Positions 1-12,872 of a stretch of DNA of 64,000 bases are shown one piece after another. A program made the translations under genes and the position numbers. Position 1 is the stretch's first letter. The number at the start of each line of letters is the position of its first letter. The notes beneath the pieces are model-generated. The model worked only from the letters and a program-made list of their open reading frames with translations. It did not search any database and had not been told where the DNA came from. Source of the DNA: Rhynchobatus australiae (taxonomy: Eukaryota); NCBI GenBank assembly GCA_034780895.1, contig JAUZTB010000076.1, positions 27,215,604 to 27,279,603 of the forward strand, in the 5' to 3' direction.

Positions 1-338
1 CATTCTCTCTTCTCTCCTCTCCCATCAGGCAGAAGATACAGGAGCCTGAGGGCACATACCACCAGGCTCAAGGACAGTTTTTATCCCACTGTGATAAGAC
101 GACTGAGTAGTTCCCTTATATGATGAGGTGGACTCTTGACCTTACAATCTAACTTGCACCTTATTGTCGACCTGCAATGCACTTTCCTGTAGCTGTGACA
201 CTTTACTCTGTATTCTGTTATTGCTTTTACCCTGTACATCCTCAATGCATTGTGTAATGAATTGATCTGTACAACTGGTATGCAAGACAAGTTTTTCACT
301 GTGCCTTGGTACAAGTGACAAAAATAAACCAATACCAT
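1..338 (+). mobile_element. Rex1/Babar-type LINE 3' end
   Basis: Frame 1 reads HSLFSPLPSGRRYRSLRAHTTRLKDSFYPTVIRRL, a typical Rex C-terminus; 3' UTR ends in an aaaccaatacc tail. Homologous copies lie at 17.3, 28.6 and 46 kb. Confidence 0.8.
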
Positions 339-349
339 CTCCTTAGCCA

Positions 350-2990
350 TAAGAACCATATTTAACAACTTCTGCAATATACCTAATCATTTGGTTTCAA
401 CTGTCTTCTATGGTAGAGAATTTCACAGGTTCACCACTCTGGGTGAAGAAATTTCTCCACATGATCAGTCCCAAGTAGCTTATCTCATGACCTTAGGTTA
501 TGTCCCCTGGTTTTGGACTTTGTCTCATCAGGAACAGCCTTCCTGCATCTAGTCTGTCCAGTCCCATCAAGATTTTCTAAGTTTCAATGAGGTCTCCTCA
601 AGTTCTTCTGAGGTCCAGTGAACATAAACCCAGTTGTCCCAATCTCTCTTCATACATCTGCTCTGCCATCCCAGGAATCAGTCTGGTAAAACTTTGTTGC
701 ACTCTCTCCAAATCAAGAACGTACTTCCTCAGACAGGAGATAGAAACTGCACACAATATGCCAGATGTCATTTTATCAAGGTCCTGTACAATTGGAGTAA
801 GATATCCCTGCTACTCTACTTAACTCCTTTCAGTTTGAAGGTCACCATAGCATTTGTTGCTTTAACAGCTTGTCCTTACTTTAGTTGACTGGTGTACAAG
901 GACACCCATGTTTCATTGCACTTCCCCTTTCCTAACTCTTGCCATTCATGTAATTATCTACCCTCCTGTTTTTGCCACCAACCTGGATGACCTCATATTT
1001 ATCCACAACATGCGGCATCTGTCTTGCATTTTCCTAGTGAATCAACCTATACAAATCATCCTGGATCCTCTATGCATCCTCTGCTCTGTTCCCACACAGC
1101 TTTCATGCTCTCTGTGAATTTGGAGATATTACATATAATTCTTTCATCTAAATCGTTAATATGTAGAGCAAATAACTAGGATCCAAACACTGAATCCGAT
1201 ACATTTCACTGCCTGCCACTCAGAAAAGGACCAGTTTGTTTCTACCCTATGTCTGCCGACCAGTTCTCTATCCATGCAAGTACATCGTCCCCAAACCCAT
1301 GTGCTTTAATGTTATGCACACATCACCCATGTGGAATCTTGTCGAAAGCCTTCTGAAAGTCCAAGTACACTATAACTATGGATTCTCCCCCATCCATTCT
1401 ACTAGTTTCAGTAGATTTGCTAAGCATGATTTCCCTTTCATAGATCCATGCTGACTTTGATTCATCCTGTTACTGTTTTCTAAATGTATTGCTGTTACAT
1501 CTTTAAAAAAACAGACTCCAGTATTTTGTCCAATAGTGATGCTAGTTTCTGATCGTAAGGAACCTACAGTTGTTTTCACTAATCTTTTTCTCCTCACAAA
1601 TCTGTAGAAACCTTTCCGATCAGTTTATATATCCCCTTCAACCTTACTCCACGCTCCTTTTCCTCATCGTAATTAATTCCTTGCTCCTCTTGCTGAGTTC
1701 TAATCTGTTTGCAGTCCTCAAGTTAGCTCTTTTTTTCAAGCCAATTTATATCTCTCTCCTTTGGCTCTGATGCTATCCCTGACTTCCTTTGTTAGCCATG
1801 CTTGAGTCACCCTTCTGTTTTATTTTTGTGTCAGACATGAATGAACAATTGTAGTTTATCCATGCACAATGTAAATGTTTGCCATTGCTGATCCACGGTC
1901 AACCCAATAAATGAAATTTGTTAGTCCATCTCAGCCAACGCAGGCCTCATATCATTGTAATTTCCTTTATTTAGAGTCAATTCTCAAAATCAATTACATT
2001 ACTGTTCAGCGTAGTGAAGACTTCTGTCATATTATGACTATTACTCCCCAAGGGGCCTCATACAGCAAAATTGCTAATTAATTCTTTCTCAGTACACAAT
2101 GGACTCCTCTCTTTGGTTCCTTGACAGATTGGTCCCTAAAATCTAGAGCAATTCTGCATACCATTGAGGAATTCCTCCTCCACTAATTTGGAATGCCCAA
2201 ATTATGTGTAGATTAAAGTCACCTATGCTTACATTTGTATCTTTATTAAATGTGCTCTCATCTCCTGTTTAGTGCCATCCCCAACTATAGTTTGGGGATC
2301 TGTATGCAACCCCCACTAGAGTTTTCTATCTCTTGGCAATTATCTCTGCACACACAGATTACATATTATCCAAGCTAATATCCTTCCTCACTTTTGCATT
2401 AATTGCCTCATTAGTCAGCAACGCTAACCCATCTTATTTTCCTTTTTGCCTGTCCTTAAATATTGAGTACTCTTAGATGTTCAGTTCCTATTCCTCTCCC
2501 CCTTCAGCCATGTCTCTGTAAACCCAGTTATATCATACCTGCTGACATCTATTTGCACGATTAATTCATCTACCTCATCGTGAATGCTCCATGCATTTAG
2601 GCATAAAGCCTTTAGACCCTTCCTTTTAATATTCTAAGGCCCCTTACCATTATTTTGTTTTCTCTCCTCTCTTGTGTTTCCACCTTTGTTTCCTCTTCTT
2701 CTGTTTCTCAGCATAGGTTTGCATACCCCTGCCATTTTACTTTAACGCCTCCCCAGCAGCAGTAGCCTCTCCGGGACATCGGTTCTGCTCCTGCCCAGGG
2801 ACAAGTCCACTTCCAGTGTACCAGGAATTTAAATCCCTCTTCTTTGCATCATTTCTTGAGCCATGTACTCGTCTGATTTATCCTTCTACTCTGACTAACG
2901 TAGCACTGGGATTAATCCTGAGATTTGTTTCTTTTGAGGTCCTTTTTTAAAATTATTCAGTCTGTAGAACTTTATCCTGATTACCTACAT
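350..2990 (-). mobile_element. Degenerate CR1-clade LINE
   Basis: Minus-strand RT remnant NQSQHGSMKGKSCLANLL (ORF 1376..1597) and CR1-like 3' region at 400-800; many stops and frameshifts. Confidence 0.75.
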
Positions 2991-3589
2991 NNNNNNNNNN
3001 NNNNNNNNNNNNNNNNNNNNNNNNNNNNNNNNNNNNNNNNNNNNNNNNNNNNNNNNNNNNNNNNNNNNNNNNNNNNNNNNNNNNNNNNNNNNNNNNNNNN
3101 NNNNNNNNNNNNNNNNNNNNNNNNNNNNNNNNNNNNNNNNNNNNNNNNNNNNNNNNNNNNNNNNNNNNNNNNNNNNNNNNNNNNNNNNNNNNNNNNNNNN
3201 NNNNNNNNNNNNNNNNNNNNNNNNNNNNNAATGCATTCAGGTAATTTAAACATTTCATAGCCATATCTACAGGTTAGAAGCATACTTCTTTTGAGGAATT
3301 GAGCTCTAATATTATTTAAAAATTAGATGATCTCCAGGATAAATAATACTATTATTCTGATCCTATTTTACTTCTGCCTTTTTTTTTGGCACTACAACAT
3401 CAACAGTAGAATGAGCAAGATCATGATTTGGTTGGTTTGGGGAACAACACCAATTTTTCTTATCCATCCTGAAAATACTCAAAGCCAGGCAGCATTTATG
3501 AAGAGAAAAGCAGAGTTAACTGTTCAGCTTAATAATTGTTAATATACAGGAATGTTCAGTTTAGTGTACTGTGTTTGCTACTCACAATT

Positions 3590-4021
3590 CCTTTTCCCCT
3601 CACTGGGAGGACCAGGTGCCAAATGGATACTTTGTGGAATATTTCTGTTCAGCCTACAATTATGATCCATGCTTCAAATTGCGTCTATTTCATTCCCAGT
3701 TATTCCAGTAAAGTTCAATTTAAGCTCGAGGAACAAGCACCTCAACACTTGGTTAGACGTGTTACAACCACATAGACTCAGCATGGATTTGGAAAATTTC
3801 AAATAATGATTTTGCTGTTGCCTTTGTGCTGCTTCTTAGCCCACTGTTTACGTAGCCTATTTTCACTTTTTCGTCTTGCACCATCGTTCATTTTCCCATT
3901 TAATGTCTTCTATCTTATAGACCTTTCCTTTTGATTTTCCCTCTTCCCTTTCTCTGTATCTTAAAATTAGTACCAACTAAACTGTTTCCAGTTCTGATAA
4001 AATGTCATGAAAATCAAACTG
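3590..4021 (+). mobile_element. Penelope-like element relic (GIY-YIG end plus pLTR)
   Basis: KLEEQ motif followed by a decayed LQP..LN.DF.NF segment; decayed hammerhead-like cagttctgataa at about 3989. Confidence 0.6.
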
Positions 4022-4401
4022 NNNNNNNNNNNNNNNNNNNNNNNNNNNNNNNNNNNNNNNNNNNNNNNNNNNNNNNNNNNNNNNNNNNNNNNNNNNNNNN
4101 NNNNNNNNNNNNNNNNNNNNNNNNNNNNNNNNNNNNNNNNNNNNNNNNNNNNNNNNNNNNNNNNNNNNNNNNNNNNNNNNNNNNNNNNNNNNNNNNNNNN
4201 NNNNNNNNNNNNNNNNNNNNNNNNNNNNNNNNNNNNNNNNNNNNNNNNNNNNNNNNNNNNNNNNNNNNNNNNNNNNNNNNNNNNNNNNNNNNNNNNNNNN
4301 NNNNNNNNNNNNNNNNNNNNNNNNNNNNNNNNNNNNNNNNNNNNNNNNNNNNNNNNNNNNNNNNNNNNNNNNNNNNNNNNNNNNNNNNNNNNNNNNNNNN
4401 N

Positions 4402-4460
4402 CCTTGGCCTCCCTGCCATCTTCTGGATATGGAACCAATACACCCAGTTCCACGGTCTCT
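4402..4460 (+). CDS. MAST2: MAST2-like coding exon, 5' part lost in N-gap ((S)LASLPSSGYGTNTPSSTVS)
   Basis: Sequence right after the gap translates to the conserved MAST motif SLASLPSSGYGTNTPSSTVS. It ends TCT|gtatgt (phase 0) and joins the exon at 12873. Confidence 0.9.
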
Positions 4461-4936
4461 GTATGTATTGATTATGTTGCAATAAATTATCACTTTTACC
4501 AGTTAAGGATTAATTGCACATTCTAGATTACCTGTATTGATACTGTCATCTAAGTTAATAAATTGTAAAAGTACATACCACAGGAAAATATGCTGTCTGT
4601 CACAGATGTGCTAACCAATTAGTCACAATACTCTGCTGATAGTACTAGACCTGAAATTCCTCTAATTCCATTATTTATCCAATTTCATTAAAAAAATAAT
4701 CAATTTTTAAATATTTCTGTTAAATTGCCTCCTAATCTTTTCTGCTTTAAGAAGATCAGCCTACATTCTGTCTCATCTCTCCACTTGAGTGTTTTGTTCC
4801 TTACATCATTCTCACAATTCTCCCAGGCACTCTCTGTCTCCTTTCATTAGATCCCCTGTAAGGCTTAAGGCATGCTATTCAAGAAGTTCTTGTATTTATC
4901 TTTTGATAACTTATACCTTTCTTTGCCTGATATATA

Positions 4937-5263
4937 CAGTAAAACTCCAATGATCTACTATTCAGAAATCCTGAAGGTTCAGCATCTGGCTCACCCAGTG
5001 ATGTTGTGCTCTATTTCCACTTACTGCGCCCCGGTTCCCACAATCTCTGTCAACAATGGAGCCCTGTTATGGCCCCTACTTTCTGTGCTCCCTTTAAACT
5101 CGGTTTACTGGAAAATTTATTATAATACCATAACATTTTAAAAATAAAGGTGGTTTAAAATGACATTGGGGTATTAATGGCAATAGCATCCAACAGTCTG
5201 GAAAATCTTGCCAGTCTGGCACCACCAAAGTCCTGAGTGTGCCAGATTATTGAAATTTTGCTG
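4937..5263. mobile_element. Tc1/mariner (Tigger/pogo-like) MITE
   Basis: TA|cagtaaaactccaatgatct ... agattattgaaattttgctg|TA: 20-bp TIRs with 16/20 identity, TA on both sides, and an internal ctggcac/gtgccag hairpin. Confidence 0.7.
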
Positions 5264-7624
5264 TATTGGAATAATTGAAGACCCCATTGTTAGTAGTTGC
5301 ATCTTGCTATGATTTGCCTGCAAATTTGGCCCTCTGGCTTCCTTTTACATTTGATGAGGTCTTCAGTGTATCCTGGCAGCATGATAGTTTCTCAGTTGTT
5401 GCGTAATTCTAACCAGAGTGATTCCTTTTGTGAATCCTTGAATACACAATCCCAATTTCAATGATCAGTGCTACTCACTTTATTTCCTTCCCTGTCTGTA
5501 CTGAATTCATTATTATAAGCCCATTCCTATTCCTATTGTCAGTTGCTCCTTGTAGGCTCATGGCCTGGTGTTAATCAGCCTTGTTCCCCACAAGTATTTT
5601 GAACTCATCACAGCATGCTTTACATTTCCTTCTGTCTGATCCTTCCTATTTCTGGACTAAATGCTGGTTGTCATTCACAGTCCTCTGTAAATTTTGCCTC
5701 TCTTCTCTTGAGCAAATTCTGTTCATGGCCTTTTAGTAATTTCAGTACTTTAAAAAAATACTAACAGGATTTTTCTCACATAAAGTGCCATTATGTTTGT
5801 ATCTTAAGTGTTTTAAAAAAAGTCTCAGCAACAGAAAATGCAATTATATAAAGCCATTATTTTAATTAATGTTCATTCAATTAACTATTCTGTGATAATT
5901 GGTGATTGCATTTGTTGCAAACGTGCCTGTCTTTTAATTGGGACGGCCCCAAAACACTCCATTATTCATGCCAGTTTTGGAAATAACATTTCCAGTAAAT
6001 CAAGCTTGAATTTCCATTTGCACTCTTTGCCCTTTAAGCATCAAGGCTATTCTTATATTACCACAATACTGGTGCTTAATACTAAATGATTAGAAAATGA
6101 ACTTTTATTGTAGATGCTTCTGATATATTAAACATTATTCACCTTTTCCTTATCTGTATCAAAATGTTGAAGCATATCATGTGGAGTACTACTGAGATTT
6201 GTATCAGATTAAAACCATTCGACCTTGTTGCCATTATTAATCTGTTCACATTGCAAGTTTTTCTTTGAACTTATTTCACAAAAAGTATAGTTCAAATGAA
6301 AAATAAAAGCAGTAAATACTAAAAATCTGAAGTAAAAACAAATGCTTGAAATGCAGAACAAATTGGATAGCATTTNNNNNNNNNNNNNNNNNNNNNNNNN
6401 NNNNNNNNNNNNACAGCCATCATTTTAATAAGGCTGGAAAATTTGAAAAAGGGTGTGAAATAAATAATTGAAACACACGAAGGGAGTTCATCTGTCTAAT
6501 TACATACTAGCTTCTCGATGGTCAAATGATTTAAAACTGGCAGATAAAAGAGCAAAAGCGTGCAAATAGGATAAAAATGAAACAGAAAAGCTCCTTGCAT
6601 GACAACATCTTGAGAAATAAAAAGAATCAAGGTTACAAAACACATGGCTGCACCAGATAAGAGTCATGGATTTAGGATACACAATTAAAGTTGGGGTTGT
6701 CCTCCTAGGAGCAAAGAATGTCAAGAAGAAATTTAGTTCTAAAGTAATTTGCAAAGATGCATGAGGAAAAGCTTTATATTTTGCATAGCAATGAATTCAA
6801 ATGTATTTGCTGATAGATTGGCTTATACAGTTTAAGTTTTTAAAGTTGGACAAATGCTCAAATTGTAAGAAAGGGGAAAATAGATGGAGGTTGTTGCTGT
6901 ATGGTGTGCTTTTTGAAAAAGCTGGAACAAACTCTGGATCAAATGCCTCAGGGGCCTGCTTTAACATTGGTACAATTCTATCATTCTGTAGAGGTGAAGC
7001 ATGGTAGATCTGTTAAACATGCAAGCAGAGAAAAAAAACTCCCAACTAGAGGCAGGATTCTCATCCAAATGATGCACAGCCTCACTTTTTTCATTGACTG
7101 ATTATTCTTATGTTACTAGTACCCAGTTTTTGAAGAGAATGGACAGAGCATCTAGATAAATCTGAAGTTTTTGTTTAGATCAGTTGTACTTGCAGTAAAA
7201 TGAAATACTGTTCTTAAAGCTTGAGTTATACATCAGCCTTGATATTACACAGTCAGTATAGGTGGGAAAAATTGAGAGGTTGAGCCATTAGTTGGACAAT
7301 ATTACAGTTCTGCGCAGATAAGAAATGTACGTGGAAGATTTCACTCAATTTGTGTTTTGTTCCCCCGACATAGAGAAACGTCGACCATGAGTATTTGTTG
7401 GACTAAACCAGCAAAGAGGCTCAATACTGTCTGCTAAAGAATGCAGCTTAAGATTCATTTTCCTGTGTGTTGGGAAGAAATCTGAAATTGTTAAAGCTGC
7501 AGAGGGCATCAGAGAAGTTGCATCTTAAGTGGATAAAGAAGTAGTAAGAGGAGAAAGGGATTGAGTAGAGGAAAAAGAAAATCAGTTTACTGGTTCAGGA
7601 TTAGGCTTAAGGTACTTTGATATT

Positions 7625-7933
7625 TCTTATCTTTACCTAGGTAGAAGAGGCAAAGGGCTGAAGAAGAAGGAATCCAATAGGTGAGGACGTGGGGAATAGT
7701 TGGACAGGTCAGGGGAAGGGGAAAGAGAAGGGGTGAGGGGGCCACAGGAATGAGGGAAAACAAAAGGGTTGCGGGGGGGAAGAGCGGAAGTGTTACCAGA
7801 AGTTAGAGAAATCGATGTTGAGGCCGTCGGGTTGGAGACTGTCAAGGTGGAATATGACGCTGTTGGTCCTCAAACCTGTCCATCTATATGTGTGTTGCTC
7901 CAGATTCCAGCATCTGCAGAATCTCTTGTGTCT
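7625..7933 (-). mobile_element. Penelope-like element fragment with inverted terminal piece
   Basis: Minus strand encodes VIFHLDSLQPDGLNIDFSNFW* (GIY-YIG C-terminus). A + oriented pLTR tail (tgttgctccagattccagcatctgcaga) follows at 7890-7933. Confidence 0.75.
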
Positions 7934-7934
7934 G

Positions 7935-9300
7935 TATTCTTCTGAATATTCTTTTCTGAATATTTTTCATTACTTTTGACTCCCTTATAGTCCAAAAATG
8001 CAATGCAGCCTTGAATATAGTCAATGAGTCAGCCTCCATAGCTCTCTGGGGTGGAAAATTCCAATGAGTCATGACAGAAGAAATTCTTCCTCATCTTAAC
8101 TGAGTGACCTTTTATTCTAACCTTTGCTCCTTAGTTGTAGAATCCCGTATAAGGGGAAGTATCTTCTTAGCATCAACCTTCTCAAATACACTCGGAATTA
8201 TATATTTCAATAAGATCGATTTCCAATCAATACAAGCCCAAACCATTAACACAGTTCCTTGTAAGACAACACATTCATTGTAGGAATCCACCTTGTGAAC
8301 CTTCTTTGAACTGCCTTCCTTAAATAAGACAAACCGTGTTCAGGACTCCAAGTCTTGCCTTATAACACCCTATTCAATTACAGTAAGATTTTATGCTTTT
8401 ATTATTCCCTAATTTTATGCTTCTTCACCCTTGTGCTAACATGCTAACAGTCCATTTACCTTCCTGATTTCTTGCTGTATCTGTGCATTAACTTTGTGGT
8501 TCATGCATGAGAATACACAGATTCCTCTGCAATCTGCAATCTCTCTCCATTTCAGCAATATTTTGCTTTTCTTCTTATTACCACAATGGATAATTTCCCA
8601 TTTCCCCACATTATTCTTCATCTGCCAGATGCATGCACATTCGCTTAGCCTATCTGTTCCTTTCACAACTCTTTGTGTTCTCTTCACAAATAACTTTCCC
8701 GCATATTGTGTTCACAACAAATTTCGCTTTTGTTTCCCACTGTTTCTATCTCTGTCATTAATATTGCTTGTGTAAACAATTGGGGCTTCAGTGCTGATTC
8801 CCTGTGCTACCCTTCTAGTGGAAGCTCACCAACCTGAAAATGATTCATTCACCCCAACTCTGTTAGCTAATCTATCCATGCTAATATATTACCCCAATGG
8901 CATGAGCTCTCGTGTAAGAATTTTTTATTAGACATCTAATCTTGCCTTTTGGACTTCTAAATATACTACCCTCACTGATTCTTCTTCACCCACTCTGCAA
9001 GTTATATCCTCAGAATGTTAAGAAATTTGACAAACTCTGGTTCCATTTCAGATAACCATGTTGAATCTGCTTAATTATAATTATAATTTTCTAAATGTTT
9101 GCTAATGCTTCCTTAATAATGAATTTTAGCATTTTCCCAATTGTCAATGTAAGGTTAACTGTTCTACAGTTTCCTGCTTTGTGTTCTCTCTTTCTAAATA
9201 GGGGTGTTCCATTTGCAGATTTCATATCTACTGGGACCATAGGGGCTAATCTAAGGAATGTTAGAAAACCACACATACACAACTACTGCAAATAATTAAG
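7935..9300 (-). mobile_element. Degenerate CR1-clade LINE
   Basis: ORFs 8436..8687 (WQMKNNVGKWEIIHCG) and 9091..9282 (TPLFRK..AGNCRTVNLT..IGKML) are CR1 ORF2 remnants. Confidence 0.8.
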
Positions 9301-10309
9301 AAATCAATTGGTATATTGCCTTTATTGCAGAGGAATTGGGGTAGATGAGAAAGAACATTCTGCTAAAATATAAGGTAGCTTTTAATGAGGTCATATTTGG
9401 GATACTCTGCCTAAACCTAAGGAAGGATATACTTGCTCTAGATTCAGTGCAGCATGGATTTGCTTGTCTAAAATAAGGTTTTTCAAAATTACACAACTGA
9501 CTATTTATTATTAGAAACATAGAAAAACTACAGCACGATTCAGGCCCTTCGGCCCACAAAGCTGTGCCGACCATGTCCCTACCCTAGAAATTACTACGCT
9601 TACCCATAGCCCTCTATTTTACTTAGCTCCATGTAACTATCTAGCAGTNNNNNNNNNNNNNNNNNNNNNNNNNNNNNNNNNNNNNNNNNNNNNNNNNNNN
9701 NNNNNNNNNNNNNNNNNNNNNNNNNNNNNNNNNNNNNNNNNNNNNNNNGGCATCATTCACCCTTGTGATGGGATTTCAGTGTTGGGGTGCACAAAATGCC
9801 ATACAGCACTCCTTTTGGAGAGCATTGCAAGGGAGCTTGCACCTCATTGTCCTGGGAGTGCCGATGTCAAGTCCTCCCAGGATAACATGCTCAACTCTGA
9901 ACCAGTACTTTACATGGCTTTGTCTTTGGGAACCCCATCACTCTTCCCCCCCCCACCCCCAAATCCCCCCAAACAACATCACCAAGTGCCAGTCCCCAAG
10001 TCTCAAAGTCCTAAATTTTGTTGCCCCTCACTATCAAGTGCTGGTCTCTTGCTTCAGATTTGCTACATTATTGAATTCCACAACCAATTTACTCCCTTCT
10101 ACTATTACCAAATGTTGATCTCACTCTCCTGTCTTTTTTCTGACCATATCACAAGCTCAGTGTGATCAGTGGTTGTTAACTTCACAATCCCAGTCTTCGA
10201 AATGAGTGGCTCTGAAAATATGCAGTGCTCAGTAAATTGAGATCTCAGCGAAGTTTTCAGCAGAGTGTGAACAACCAAAATGATCTGCCAAGCCCTTCGA
10301 GGCAACTAA

Positions 10310-10710
10310 ATTGGTTCCTGGAATGGGGGATTTGCCCTATGATAAGAGATTGGCTTGAAGTTATTGAAATTTCAATGAATGACAGATGACCTCATTGAGA
10401 CATCAGAGATTCCAAGTGGTTTGCCAAGAGGCTGCTGCTTATTATCCAAAACTAGGCAGCATAATCTCAGGACAAGGGAATGGTCATTTTGGGCTTGGGT
10501 GAGGAAAAGTTTCTTTGCACAAAGAATAAAATTTTCTTTCTCGGAAGCTCTGGTGGTTCACTTGTTTGGTTTAAGTAAGACTGAGACTAATAGTTTTTCA
10601 GACTAAAGGAATTAGGTGATTGTTCATTAATCTAGAGGTCTGTGAATAGTCGTGTTCTTAGTGAAAGGTAGAACAGGTTCAAAGGCCATTAGATCTAATC
10701 CTAGTTATGT
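10310..10710 (+). mobile_element. CR1 3' fragment, old
   Basis: Decayed PGM.GL.Y..RL, MRGDLIET and TRGH.L segments followed by a CR1-type 3' UTR. Confidence 0.6.
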
Positions 10711-10780
10711 TTCTGTTTTTGCATATGTCAGCCTTTCAGATATGATATACCAATGCAATCAACTTTGTGCTTTTACTTAA

Positions 10781-11380
10781 GAATGGATAGAGTGGACATG
10801 GAGAGGATGTTTCCAGTTGTGGGAGAATCCAGGACCAGAGGGCACAGCCTCAGAATAGAAGGATGTCCCTTTAGAACAGACGAGGAGGAATTTCTTTAGC
10901 CAGAGGGTGGTGAATTTGTGAATTCATTGCCACAGATGGCTGTGGAGGCCAAGTCATTGGGTATATTTAAAGTGGAGGTTGATAGGTTTGTGGTTAAATT
11001 TTTTTTTAAATTTTATTTACAGTGTGGTAACAGGCCCTTCCGGCCCAACAAGTCCGCACCGCCCATTTTTAAACCCATATTAACCTACCCGTACGTCTTT
11101 TGGAATGTGGGAGGAAACCGGAGCACCCAGAAGAAACCCACGCAGACACAGGAGAACGTACAAACTCCTTACAGACAGCAGCAAGAATCGAACCCAGGTC
11201 GCTGGCACTGTAATAGCGTCGTGCTAACCACTACGCTACCGTGTTAGTCAGGGCGTCAAAGATTTACGGGGAGAAGGCAGGAGAATGGGGTTGAGAGCGA
11301 AAAATAAATCAGCCATGATCGAATGGCAGAGCAGACTCAATGGGCCAAATGGCCTAATTCTGTCCAATGTCTTATGGCTT
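10781..11380 (+). mobile_element. CR1 3' end interrupted by a SINE
   Basis: ESRTRGHSLRI...RRNFFSQRVVNLWNSLP-type sequence. It resumes at 11244 (ttagtcagggcgtcaaag) and ends in a gggccaaatggcctaattctg tail. Confidence 0.85.
10997..11243 (-). mobile_element. tRNA-derived V-SINE (HE1-like), near full length
   Basis: Minus strand has A-box and B-box (ggttcgattc), the V-core gagtttgtacgttctcctgtgtctgcgtgggttt, a CR1-like 3' tail and an AT-rich end. Confidence 0.88.
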
Positions 11381-11404
11381 TAAAACTGAGAAAATAATTT
11401 AATA

Positions 11405-12285
11405 GGGCAAAGTTTCTGCCTTAGTGCCAGTGCATATACAGATTATCCCAGCAGAAGTCCAAGTTTCCAGTGCTGGCATAGGGCTAAGCCAATGATACCA
11501 ACTCCTACCAAACTGCTGTCTGCAAAGGATGCTCTTCTGGGTCTAACAGGGCAGGGAAAAATTTCATAGGCTTTCCAGCTGTCCATTAAGGAAGCCTGCC
11601 TTCTGATCCTGCAAGGAATAAAACTGGTACAACTCTGAGATCTTCCAAAAGAATGGGAGAAACTGCCTCCTGCCGCTGCCTGTAAGGAGTTTGTACGTTC
11701 TCCCATGTCTGTGTGGGTTTTCTCCGGGTGCTCCGGTTTCCTCCACATTCCAAAGACGTACGGGTAGGTTAATTTGGGGATTAAAATGGACGGTGTGGAT
11801 TTGTTGGGCCAGAAGGGCCTGTTACCACTCTAAGTAAAATTTAAAAATTAAAAAAAAAATTAAATTAAAAAAATTTAATTAAAAAAAACTGCAGCCAATT
11901 TCTTTTTATGATTTATTTATTAAATTTAAATGTTTTAATTGATTTTTTGGGGTGCAAATATGTTTCTTGATGTAAAAAGATTATTATCTTTAATTTGAGC
12001 AATTTTTAAAATTGGGTCCTATGAGTATCTGACTGCAAATATCAAAGACATTGACGGTCAGGTACACTGATAATTTGACTGCTGGTGAGCCTCACTGGAT
12101 GTAGAAACCAATCTGTGAGAGCAGCAGGCTGCTTGTGCTGAGACAGCCTTCGTGCTGCAGTCAAGTATGCTGGAACTCTGGGAGACAGATTCCCAAAGGA
12201 CATCTGTGCCAGGACCTCACTGGGATAAAAAAAAATGGCCTTGGAGTTGGCAGCTATAAACTTTGGAGCAATTGAAGATTTGCCC
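11405..12285. mobile_element. Non-autonomous TIR element (possibly Harbinger-like) containing a SINE
   Basis: Termini gggcaaagtttc / gaagatttgccc (10/12 inverted); subterminal ttatcccagcagaagtcc / ggacctcactgggataa inverted; related sequence at about 55.1-55.3 kb. Confidence 0.55.
11667..11885 (+). mobile_element. 5'-truncated V-SINE with 7-bp TSD
   Basis: V-core plus CR1-like tail plus A/T tail; aaactgc duplicated at 11660-11666 and 11886-11892. Confidence 0.88.
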
Positions 12286-12872
12286 CAACATCTTTCTAGC
12301 TGGCACTTTTTTCCTTTTGCTGATTAGTATTGAACTGAGCTTTTAGTATTATATTAACTGCTGAAGAGTTTGCATAATGAGTGGTATTTATTTTTGATTT
12401 TTACTTCTCAATATGTGAGCTCACAGCTGAATTGCAGTCTGGTTAAGCCCTGTTTTGTACTTTTTGTTTTGATATTCACTGTTAGACCACTTGTCCAAGG
12501 AATAGGTTGCATTTAGAGCACCTCATTCACAACTACAGCTCACTTTGAATTGAAACAGTTCTGCTGAAATAATTTAACAGAGATGATGATGGCCACTAAG
12601 AGCGAATACATCAACTTAAAATTGTATTTTACTCTTAAAAATAAATTTGCCTTGTTTTTCAAGAGCAACTTAACCGCAATGCCATTTAAAATTCTTTAGG
12701 TTTGAGGTGTGAGCTTCAGATGTGATGTTCTGTGGGAGAGATTTACTTATTTGTTTTATTGCACCTTGAATACCTGTTTCTTCCTTCACTAATGTACTCT
12801 AGTCATTTAGAAGAATGGAGTTGTGCTAATGAAAAATAGCACTTAGAAAAAAATTTTGTTTACTGCACACAG

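Noticed and set aside
9944-9970. C-runs as a minus-strand G-quadruplex
   Set aside because: A simple low-complexity tract next to a gap and repeat debris, with no supporting context.
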